Assembly (NCBI GenBank): GCA_013265495.1
Contig: MU057809.1
Span: forward strand, 1,541,062-1,605,061
Direction: 5' to 3'
Source of the DNA: Vicugna vicugna
Lineage: Eukaryota
Length of the DNA: 64,000 nucleotides
This document shows, piece by piece, positions 1 through 10,991 of the stretch. The notes beneath the pieces were generated by a model, which was not told the DNA's origin, searched no databases, and was given only the letters and a program-made list of their open reading frames with translations. A program made the translations under genes and the position numbers. Numbering within the stretch: the first letter of the stretch is position 1; every line of letters starts with the position of its first letter.

Positions 1-6
1 ACAATG

Positions 7-153
7 CCTCACTTTTCCTCATCTGTAAAGTGGGAATTATAATGATACTACAATAGTACAAGGTTGAAATCACTGATGCTTAAGTAAGACCTGTAAAGTC
101 CTAAGAAGAATGCCTGGCACAACGTAAGGTCTCACTAAAGGTTAATTATTATT
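7..153 (+). mobile_element. MIR SINE fragment
   Basis: GCCTCACTTTTCCTCATCTGTAAAGTGGGAATTATAAT...TGCCTGGCACA resembles the MIR core and 3' end. Confidence 0.8.
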
Positions 154-494
154 ACCATTATTATCTTCATATTATTCACAATAAAATGGACACTAAGCAA
201 TGTAAATTCTCTTGTCCAAAATCATACAGTGAGGAAATGGCGAAACCAGAATCTGACTGCTAGTCTTTCCTGACCTGCCCCCACCTGTGCTCTGTTAGCA
301 GCATCATGCATCTCCCACAGCACAGTCCCTTCACATGCCTAAGAGGAGGTCACTGTTGCTTCCTCCTCCTGCCTCCCCAAACCCATCCACTCTGAAGCTT
401 GGCAACCCTGGCTCACATTCTAGAAAAGATCGCTCTGGCCTCGGGTCCTTAGTATTATTTTCCCCCAGAAAACTGCCCCACCCTCAAGTCTCCC

Positions 495-795
495 CCAGAC
501 TTTCACCCTTTAGAGCTGAACTCAAACAACATTTTCTCAGAAGGACTTTCCTGACCCCAAACTTCCCCACTACACCCACCAAGCTGGGCCCACTTCCCAT
601 TGTCTTTTCTCCTAGTGTCCCAGACTTTTCATTCCTAGCAGTTATCACACTTAAAATTATTTGTGCAATTGTATGTTGAATGTTTGTCTCCCCACCTATG
701 TCCATGAGGCAGGGTCTGTGTGTATCTGTGCAGGGCTGGAGGCCCTGTGCTTTGCATGTGGTAGAAACTCAAATCACTGCTTGTTGGGTAAATGA
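495..795 (+). mobile_element. L2 LINE 3' end fragment
   Basis: Degenerate L2 3' motifs (aggactttcctgaccc...tgtttgtctccc...gtagaaactcaa...tgttgggtaaatga) running into the simple repeat. Confidence 0.6.
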
Positions 796-1110
796 GTGGA
801 AGGAAGGAAGGACGGAAGAAAAGGTGGAAGGATAGATGGAAGGAAAGATGGAAGGAAGGAAGGGAAGTTGGAAGGAAGGAAGGGAATTTGGGAGGAAGGA
901 AGGAAAGATGGAAAGATAGATGGATGGGGAGTGGATGGATGGATGGATGGGTGTGTGGATGGGTGGATGGATGAACGAGTGGGTGGATGGGTGGATGGGT
1001 GGACAGATGGGTAGATGGATGGATAAATGGGTGGATAGGTGGATGGGTGTGTGGATGGGTGGATGGATGAACGAGTGGGTGGATGGGTGGACGGATGGAT
1101 GCGTGGATGG
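796..1110. repeat. Compound (GGAA)n/(GGAT)n/(GGGT) simple repeat
   Basis: Degenerate tetranucleotide array visible directly. Confidence 0.95.
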
Positions 1111-1914
1111 CAGGCAGGCATAGTGTCCAGGGATCTTGAGAGCAACCCAGAGGGCCCTCTCTTAAGGGTAGGCCTTGTCACTTGTCTGGGAAGCGGGCGG
1201 GGGGACTCTCTGGGATGCTGCCAGCCATGGTTTGGAATAGAGAGTTAATTGTCTTGCTGGACAATTATCTCACCCGAAGGCAGCACGTTTCAAAGGGAGA
1301 GTTGGTTGGGGGACCCAGGCTTCATATGCTGAGGCACTTCCCTATTTGGACCTGGGATCGACTTGCTTGTCCTCCAGGCCCCTGAAGGAGAACATTTATG
1401 GGAACAGCCAGCAATTTTAAGAACCAGGCCAGCAGGCTAGACAGCGGGGTGACTTTCTATCCCAGTGCTGATCCAGTTCAGACATCACAGGGTGGTGCCT
1501 CTCCCCCTTGGTAGCAGCCCGCGGAGCTTTTTATAACATCACTGTGAGGGCAGGCTAGGGTGCAGGGATGCCTCTAGGGGCTGCTAGAAACAGCAAGCCG
1601 GTTGATGAGGGATGCATGAATACAAGGTGAGGCAGAGGGACCCAATTTCTTTAGACTCGGTTTAGCTTCACAAAAATTCCTCTAAACCCAAGGTTCTTCT
1701 CTGACTCCCACTTCAAGTCCATCAGAGTTGTATGGGAAACCTTTTTCACATCGCCTCCCTCCAGGATCCAGGCTGACCCAGCAGACTTCATTTGGAACAT
1801 GGCTGTTCACTGAGCAGAGGGAAAGAAGGAGATTAGAAGGGCTTTGCACCAACAGTTAAAGGCAAAACCTGCAAGTGACAAGCCAGTTCTGCACACGGCT
1901 TTTTGGTGGCAACT

Positions 1915-2329
1915 GGTGATGGTTAGTTTTATGTGTCAATTTGGCCGGACCATCGTACGCAGTGATTTAATCAAGCACCAATCCAGATGTTGCTGTGAAG
2001 GTGTTCTGCTGGTGTGGTGACATTCACAGTCAGTCGACTTCAAGGACATCACCCTCGATGCTGTGGGTGAAAGGCCATCCACTGAAAGGCCTCCAGAGCA
2101 AAAACCAAGGTTTCCTGGAGAAGAAATTCTGCCTCAAAACCTTAGCATCCGATCCTGCCCGTTTCCAGCCTGCTGGAATGTCGGACTTGCCAGCCCCACA
2201 GTTGTGTGAGCCAGTATGATGTCCAGTTATTATATAATCATTGTATATACAATATACATTGTAGACAACATGATACGTATGTAACCTCCTATTGGTTCTA
2301 CTTCTCTGGAGAACTTCCAGACAAATACA
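1915..2329 (+). mobile_element. MLT2-type (ERVL) solo LTR
   Basis: Begins gtgatggttagttttatgtgtcaatttggc and ends ctattggttctacttctctggagaac...aaataca, typical MLT2 termini. Confidence 0.8.
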
Positions 2330-5300
2330 GAACGAGTCGTGTTCACTCCCAACAAAGGGGCCAGACCCCGTGGCTGGCGTTAGTGCTGCCATGGGGTTAT
2401 CACATCGGTCAGAGATAATGGCTGGGAAGCACCCAGGAGGGCAGCCCGGGCACCCCGGGCCTCTGCTGCTCAGCGGCTGTGCTGATTCTCAGATGACAAT
2501 CACCTCTCTGTGCCTCGCTTCCTATCCTGTACAACAGAGATGAGACAGTTGAACCTGAATGTTCAGCACACAACCCAGTAACATCAGGAACTCGGCGCAG
2601 AGCCCGGCTCACAGGAAGGGGCAAATCCTCACACTGACTCTGCTCCTGCTGCGGGACTGTCCTCAATCCACTGCAGCTGCCTGGAAATCCTGCCTCACAG
2701 CCTGCAGTTCCTGCGCCCTAGGGGACCTGTAGCGCTGCCCAGCCACCTCTCTCCCCTGGAAAGGGCACGAGCTGCTTCCGATGGGGGCTGACCCTCTCCT
2801 GATGGTGGGGGCCCTTCTGGGAGGTCTATTCAGGCCAAGGCTCCTAGAGCACGGAGGCAAAGTGGGAGGTGTGCTCAGAGACTTCCTCGCGGGGAAGGAG
2901 GGAGGAGGGGAGCCTGCTTGGGCTCAAAGACCCAGAAGGAGCCCATGGGGAGCAGTGTGCATAGGAGCCAGAGGGGCCTGTGGAGTGGCTTCCAGTCACT
3001 GACTGTGACCTTGGGGAGAAACGAGCCACCCCTGGACCAACTGCATAATCCGCAGGGCTCAGTGTAAAATGAAAACGTGGGGGCCCTCGTTCACCAACGT
3101 CTGGAGAATTTCCAGACGGCGATCGCAGAGCGTCAAAGCAGGCGTGGGGCTGAGTCTGCGAGCCTGGGCACAGCGGGGTGCTGGGGCATCCAGGCCAGGA
3201 CCCTCACGGGAGCACGTCTGGGGCAGGGGACTTCCTGGCGCAGGGCGGGACGCACCCTCCGCGAGGCTGGGGCAGCCTGCTCCGGCCCCGCCCGGGACAC
3301 AGGCTTAGCGGCTGACGAGCGCTCCGGCCTCCGCTGGGAGCGCACAGGAAGTGGCTCACTTTTTCCCCTCTGGTGGTTTACCCTCAGCCCTGCTCTTTCC
3401 CTTCTCTGCTTTCTGTCCCTTTGCTTGGGCTCCAGCAGGTGCTGTCATTTCCCGGGGACTTTTGGGCAATAAAAAGGCCAATTTGGTTGAATCGAAAACT
3501 TCCATCTCAAATCCAAGTTCACACTCATCCTGCCCCTCCCACAGAGCCCTGCGCTCCTAGAGCTGAGAGCAGGAGCGGATAGGGGTGGGGTGGGACCCAA
3601 GTCTCTTACCTAGCTCCCTCCCGCATCCCCCCACCCCTTAGCCCTGGCCTTTGGCTGCTGATGCTTCCTCTGGGTCCTCTGCAGCTTCCTTTGTAGGTGG
3701 CCAGGGGTTGTGGGGGAGGGCACGGCACCTCTTCAGCCCTGAGAAGACTTCTCACCCCTTTTGCTGCTGGCTGGGGGTGGGTACCTGCTACCCCTCTGCC
3801 TGCAGCTTGGAGCCCCAGACCACAGTCCAGGGGCAGCAGGACAAGGCCCACTCCACAAGACAAGACACAGCAAGTCACAACAGACAGCCGCTTGTCCGGG
3901 CTCTGGCCCCAGTAACAGGATCAGCACCCACCACAGCCCATGTGCACCCAGCGTGCTTCCTGTGTGCCAGGGCATGTGCTGGCCGCTTTACTCAACTTAA
4001 AGCATTAAATGTTCACCATCAGGAGGTGCCTGCTATTCTAAGTCCCATTTTTCACTGGCAAGGAAATAGGCTATGATGGGTGCCCAAGGAGACAAAATTG
4101 GGAAGAGGCAGTCAGGGCTGGACATGAGGTCTCCCCAGCTCCAAGTCCAGTGCTCATTGTCACTCTCCTCTCTCTTACCTTCTGGAAGAGTCCACACAAG
4201 GTGCATGAATAATGTGGTGGTGGTGGTGGTGGAGGGGTGGGGAGAAGGCCGAGTCTGCCCATGGAATATCAGGGTAGGCTTCATGGAAGAGTTTAGCTGT
4301 AAAGGGCAAGTGGGATTTGTCAGGAGGATGAGGTGGGAAGGGCCCTGCAGCTAGAGGGAACAGCATGTGCAAAGGCCCTGAGGCCTGGGCAGCACCACAG
4401 ATCGGGACTTACAGGGAGCTCCATGAGGCTGGGGCTCAGCCCATGTCAACGGGAGTGTTGGGAGATTTGGGAGGCTGAGATGAGGGTCACTGAAGGCCAC
4501 GAGAAAGATTCTGGACTCTATTCTCAAACTTCGTGAATTCTCATAGCACTTAGCACAGCGTGAAATGATCTTGCTGCTGTATGCTTGTTCTCTGCCTCCC
4601 CCATGCTGGTATAAGCTCTGGGAAGCCAGGCACATGGCCACTTTGTTCATCTCTCTGTCCCAAATGCCGGCACTCAGGGGGCACTCAATGTGTGTATAGG
4701 GGATGAGCAAATGAACGAACTCCACTCACCTGGGAGGTGTGGTCCCTGCAGCTGTACCTTGCTGCCTCTTTAGGATGTCCTCAGGCAGGTGCTAAGCTCA
4801 GTGGGTGGTCCTGCCTTTGCCCACAGAAGGTGTCCCCGGCATCCTGGCGAACATGACTTGACGTTCCCACTTGCAACCAACAGGTGTCGCTCACACCACA
4901 CCAGGAAACCCAGCCAGGGGCTCCTGAATTGCGGGTGCAGAGGGCCGGGGAAATCTCATCTGTGAGCCACAAATGAGTTCTCCAGGCTGTCATTTGTCCT
5001 CATTAGCGCCTGGAGTCCATCCTCCAGAACCGGACAGGTGTGACCAGCATCTTGAGCTGAGAGCCCCCTCCCCGCAGCTGTGGGCAGTTGTCCATGAGGA
5101 AGCAGGGTGGCCTGGGGGAGGAGGCCGCAGGGGCCAGAGCTGGGCGGCCAGCGACCGACCCTCACTTCCGTTCATCCAGCGGCCCTGCCACTGCCGGCCA
5201 TTCCTGCCACCCCGCCTTGGCCTTGGCGGTCCAGCGAAGGCTGCTTGTGCCAGCTGGATGATCAGCTCCCCCAGCACTCCCCCTGCCCACCGCCCAGGCT

Positions 5301-6109
5301 GCCCGCCTCAGGACGCTCAGCAGCCCCAGAGGACGAGGTCAGCCTTTGCAGGGTCTTAGCTCAGCGCTGGTGCTTCCAGCCCCAGGGGTCCGGCCACTCC
5401 TGCCTCAGCCGCACAGCTGAGACCTGGAAGCTTCCCGGCCGCCGTGGGAAGGAAGTGGTCACGTGGGTGGTGGGGATGTGTTTCTCCCTCCAGGGACTCA
5501 GGTGAAGCAAAACCAGGGCTGTGTGTGTGTTTCTGTAACTCAGCCTAACGGCTGCCAAGCCCCTATCCGACCGCTGGCGGTAATGTCATCTGGGCCAGTT
5601 CCAGGGAATCGTGGTCATTTGCACTGAGACGGTTGGGAGGGTCCCTTCGCCCTTCCTTCGGCCTGGAGCGGCCAGCTGTGCTTAGGGGGTTACAGGGACT
5701 TATGGTACCTGGGAGGCGCCTGGTCGTTCGTTGCCCCCCTCCCCCGATGCTGGCGTCCCCTGAAGGGACACTGTCACCTCTGACCCCCCCTGCTCTAGTC
5801 CCACTCACTGTCCGGTACGAACTTCCGGGCCCTTGTCCTCCCCGCCCTCTGCCAGCTCCCCCAGCCCGTTAGCACGTGCGCCCCCACTTTCCAGCTCCCT
5901 GGGTTCTGTCCATCCCCAGCCTCTGAGGGCCTCCTGCTGCCTGGGGTGGGGGCTGGCCGCGGAGCCCTTCTCAGAGCCCTGGCCACGCCCAGCGCCCTTG
6001 CTTCCCCTGGGCCTCCTCTTCCCCCGCGGGAGGGAGCGCCGCCTCATTCGGGAGCGGGGAGAACCCGGATGTCCTCGGGGCTTACTGTCTTCCCAAGGCT
6101 GTCTACAGT

Positions 6110-6470
6110 TCTTCTGGCGAAGTGTTGTCAGTGACGGTGTGCCGGCTTCTGGCGTACAGCACAGTGTCTCAGCCATACGTGTACCTGCCTATACTCCTTT
6201 CCATGTTCTTTGTCATTATCAGTTACAAGATACTGAATATAGTTCCCTGTGCTCCCCAGCAGAAACCTGTTTATCCGTTTTATACATAGTAGCACCTGCC
6301 AGCCTCCAACTCCCAGTGTATCCCTTCCCACCTGCTTTTCCCCCGGGAACCGTACGTCTATTTTCTATGTCTTTGAGTCTGTTTCTGTTTTGTAAATAAG
6401 TGCATTTGTGTCTTTTTTTTTCAGATTCCACATATCAGTGATATCATATGGTATTTTTCTTTATCCTGCC
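6110..6470 (-). mobile_element. L1 3' end fragment (younger family, also at 59017-59285)
   Basis: ttctggcgtacagcac...ttacaagatactgaatatagttccctgtgct...agattccacatatcagtgatatcatatggtattt is a reverse-orientation L1 3'UTR. Confidence 0.75.
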
Positions 6471-6869
6471 AAGACTTTCTAGAACCATGTGTATATATAT
6501 TTTTAACATAATGTCAAGATTTTGCATTCTGAGTTCTCTGCCCTAAGGGGATGGCTACCCACCCAATAGGGAGGGTGGGGGAAGTGTGTGCACGTGTGTG
6601 TGTGTGTGTGTGTGTGTGTTTCACATGGGTCATCACTCCAAGGACATCCCCCTGGTCTCTCTGAACCCCTTGTGTTCCACATGACAGGTGTGCGGCCTCG
6701 TTCCTAAGACCTGGGCGCTGTGAACGCCCAGACCCCGCCGTGGGCTGGGCCAGCGCGTGAGCCCGGCTGGGCTTCAATTCAGCTCTTAGACTAGGGCTGG
6801 TGACCCTAGAAGGAGGACCAGGCCACAGACATGAGCCGTGTAGGTGACCTAAATTGCCTTGTAGCCTCA

Positions 6870-7272
6870 TTAAAGAAAAGTACAGAAACAGGTGGCATGG
6901 ATTTTAAAAATATATTTCACTTGACCCACTAAGTGCAAAACATCATCACTTCTGCGTGGAATCAGTATACAATTTACCGGCGACGTAGTGTAATTCCACC
7001 CTTTTGCGGGGAGTCTCTGAAATCGGCACGTTTCACGTGTATGACACGTCCTAACTCGGGTGCCACATTGTAACTGAGAAATATTTGCCTTGTTTTTAGA
7101 TTTCACAAAACTGACAGTTGGCAAAGGAGGGTAGCCTCTGCGAGTTAACTAAACCTAAGTTTCCCAAGAATTGAATCCAATCTCAGTTTTTAAATTGAAA
7201 TGAAGTAGAATGGAAATGTGGTTCCTCAGTCTCACAGGCGCACGCCGTGGCGGCCGCTGTGCTGGGCAGAGC
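6870..7272. mobile_element. MER3/MER33-like hAT DNA transposon fossil
   Basis: aaaatatatttcacttgaccc...gtctctgaaatc...tagatttcacaaaa...gttcctcagtctcac motifs. Confidence 0.6.
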
Positions 7273-7517
7273 AGCCCCAGAACGCTCTCGCCTCCTCCCG
7301 ATGCGCTTTCCCCTCTGCCTCACCTGGCTGACCCCTCCTGGCCCATCAGCTCCTCTGAATGCCCAGGATGGCACCCGGCTGGCTCCTCCAGACACCCCAG
7401 GCCCGGCCTCCAGTGGTCATTGGCACAGCTTTGTTTGAAAATAAATGACTTTGAGGTGCACAGAGATGCACCCTTGGGATTGGGTCTCGGTCTTAAAATC
7501 AGACTGTGCCCAAACAC

Positions 7518-8560
7518 GTATCTGACAAAGGACTTGTATCCAGAATATGTAAAGTGCTCTCAACACTCACGAATAAGAAAAGAAATAACCTTGTAAAAAA
7601 TGGGCAGAAGATTTGAACGCTTTGCTCAACACGTTATTTGGATGGCGCGTCGGGATGCGAAAAGGCGTTCGATGTCACCAGCCACTGGCGAAAGGCAAGC
7701 GGAGGCCACGTGGGAGACACACCTGCTGGAACGGTCAACACGAAACAACCCGGATGGCGCCAGGAACGCGGAGGCCGCAGCCGCGCGGGTTGCTAGTGGG
7801 GACGCACAGCGGCGCGGGGCTTGGGAAAGCAGTTTGGTGGCTTCGCATAAAGTTATTCCAGGGACCCCATTCTTAGAGATTCACCCAAGAGAGAAGGGTA
7901 CTTATGCTCACATAGAAACCTGTATGGGAATGTTCGTGGCAGCGTAATTCTTAAGAGCCAGACAGTAGAGACCGCCCAGTGGGTGAGCGTCCGTCCTGTG
8001 GGACAAAGTTCAGCACAAAGCAAACGAGCAGCGATGGGGCCAGAATCAAAGGGCGACACACAGTGCAATTCCACCCATCTGACGATCTGGAAAAGGCAAA
8101 GTGACAGGGACGGAGAACAGGTCAGTGGTTGCCGGGGCTGGGGTGGGGGTGGACTCTGCACAGCAAGGAGGGTCGGTGGGCGACGTGATTGTTCTGTGTG
8201 CTGATTGTGGTTATACATCCGTACCCATTTATACGTGGGGCTGTACACCCCCAAGAGTGAATCTCACTGTTTATAAATTACATCACAATTAAAAATAAAA
8301 AACATAGATGCAAGCCACTAACATGACCCTCAGGAGGTGAATGGATAAATAAACTGTGGTCCATGGAGATAATGGAATATTACTCAGCGCTAAAAAGGAA
8401 GGCGCTGTCCAGCCATGAGGAGACGCGGAGGGGCCTTACGTGCACACTAACAAGTGAAAGGAGCCTGTCTGCAAGGGCTGCATGCTGTGCGAGTCCAACT
8501 CCATGACCTTCTGGGAAAGCAAAGCTACGGAGACGGCGACAGGGCTGCGGGCTGTCAGAA
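7518..8560 (+). mobile_element. Ancient L1M (ORF2 3' end and 3'UTR) fragments
   Basis: tctgacaaaggacttgtatccagaatat...aaaaaatgggcagaagatttgaac; later gaatggataaataaactgtggtcc...aatggaatattactcagc. Confidence 0.8.
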
Positions 8561-10529
8561 GCCGTGTGCCCGGCCCAGCCACGGTTGACAACATCTTACA
8601 AGTCTTGGGCATTTGCCGTGTGTGAAGTGCTTCGTGCACATCGACTGAACTTCTGCAGACTGTTGCAAGGCCGGTATCGTTATTGCCCTCATTTCCCAGG
8701 TGAAGAAGTGAAGGCGCGGGGTGGGTGAGACCAGCCCAGGCTCACTCGTCTTAGTAGTAGTGGCGTCCCAGGTCCTCGGATGCCGAGGGTAGTTCTTGAG
8801 CATGTGCGAAACTCGGCCCCAGATGCTGAGGCTTCAGGGACGATTCAGTAAGGTGCAGTCTTGCCCTCACGGAGCTTGCAGTCCATCAAGGGGCACAGAT
8901 TTGGGGGAACTCGTCACAGGTGTAACTGGTTACAGGTGTGAGTGTCAGAGGCTGTGAGGACAGGTAGGGGAACCCTGTGGACCACGAGGCAGGCCTGTGA
9001 AAGGGGGTGGGGCAGGAGGGGGGCTGGGGAGGAAGAGCCTCAGATGCAACCAGCTGTGACGACGTCTCGACCAGGCCAGCGGGGCTCTCTGAGCAGTCCT
9101 GGGCAGGGCAGGAGGGGTCCCCTCCGTGCCCCAGGTGCTGCTGCAGGCGGTCACCTCGCTGCACTGTCTTGGCAGGTGTCTCTGGGAGGCAGAGCAGAGT
9201 GGTGCCCAGCCAGGGCCACCACAGCACCACAGCGTCCCTGTCACAGGGAGAGGGACAGGTTCCCGCATCAGGGTCCTGACCCAGGCCAGGGGTCAGGAAG
9301 GCTTCTTCAGGGAAGTGACTGATAGTCGCAATATTAACGAGGGAAAAGAGCGGTCAGAGGGCAGGGCCAGAACCTCCCCAAGGGACTGGACCGAGGACGG
9401 CAACTTGGGAGCAAACCGAGGGCGGAACCATGGTAGGAGGTGGGGCTGTGGAGGTGGCCGGGGCCAGTCTCGTGGAGCCTAGGAGCCTCGTTTAGGGTCC
9501 TGGTGCCGGCCTCTGACTTGCTTCCATTCCCATGGCCGGTCCAGCTCAGACCCAACCTCCCCCGCTGGCTGGGTGCAGGCCTTGGCTCCAGCCCCACGAG
9601 GCGGCCTTGAGGATGCCGCCGAGCACCGACGCCGAGCCCTCCGCTGGGTGCGGCCGGGCTGACGCCCTGGGGTGAGGCTTAACCACCTTGTCTTCAGTGC
9701 GGGGTTTGGAGAAGGTCCAGGCGGGAGCGGGGCAGGCTGGGGCCAGCGCTCCTCGGAACGCCACCCGCCGTGCAGCAGTCAGCGTCACCGGAGAGCTCGG
9801 GGTGCGTGCGGCACCTCAGGCCCCACCCCAGACCCCAGGCAGGATTCTGGACGCGGGCCTGGGGATCAGCAGTTTTCCAGCTTTGCCGGTGGTTCTTACC
9901 CCACTCGAGCTTGAGAAACAGCACTGGTCTGGGGCCGCCTGCATCTCAGCTGTGGGGACTTAGTCCGGAGGCTCGGTCTGCGGCCCCCACCTGGTGGGTA
10001 GCTGGGTGGGGCCGGAAAGCACATCAGGCCTCGAGGCCGTGCAGAATGTACCATCTGGGGGACCCACGTTGTGGCTTGTCAAAAACCACCTGGCTGGTTG
10101 TCGTCATGACATAGAGCTCAGAGGCTCATTCTTCTGGAAAAGAAATCCATCCATCTGTCCACAGTCAGGGCAGGGAGTTCAGGCAACGCCAGGCCAGACG
10201 CAGTTTGGGGTGCTGTGGTGACAGCATGCTTTGGTCGAGACCATCCTGCCCTGTGTATAATCTTGGAAACAAGCTAAAAAGTTGCCATGAAAGTTACCCG
10301 CACTTCCAGCCCTGCTCCTGCTGTCCCGGGAAGGTGCCCTTGTGTCCCCTCCTCTTCCGTCTGCCAGGCTCCTACTCACCCTTTAACACCCAGCCCAAAT
10401 GTCCCCTCCCTCTCTCTTGAGCCCGCTGACTTCCTTGTGCCACCCGCAGGCACCTGCAACAGGTGGCTTGTGGTTTGTCTCTGAGCTGACTGTCCTCCGC
10501 CTCCACCACCTCCCCCTCCGCCTCCTTCT

Positions 10530-10991
10530 TTTGCTATTGTCACAAATTACCACAAACCAAGGGACTTTAAACAACAGAAATGTGTTCTCTCACAGTTCTG
10601 CGGGCCAGAAGTCTGAATCGAGGTGTCTGCAGGGCCGCACTCTCTCTGAAGCGGCCGGGGTAGGATCCTTCCTGCCCCCTCCAGGTCCTGGTGGCCCCGG
10701 CGATCCTCTGCGTTCCTTGGCTAGTGGGCGCGTCACTCCGGTCTCTGCCTCTGCCTTCACCTGTGGCCGCCTTCCCTGCGAGTGGATGTGTCTCCGTGTC
10801 TTTACCTGGCATTCTCCTCTGTGTGCCCCCAAGCGCCTCCGTTGGATTGGAGCCCTCCCCACCCAAGCAGGGCCGCATATTAACTCGTTACATCTGCAAA
10901 CGCCCTCTTTTCAAATAAGCTCATGTGCACGGGTTCTAAGGGTTAGGATGCCCGCCTATCTTCCTGGGGGGACGTAAGTCAACCCACAGCA
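10530..10991 (-). mobile_element. MLT1 (MaLR) solo LTR
   Basis: acaaattaccacaaac...ttaaacaacagaaatg...tctcacagttctg at one end; gggggac...caacccacagca at the other. Confidence 0.8.

Noticed and set aside
774..1248. Cluster of repetitive ORFs (PSIH, GWMD); possible CRISPR-like array
   Set aside because: Tetranucleotide microsatellite with no repeat-spacer structure, in mammalian context.
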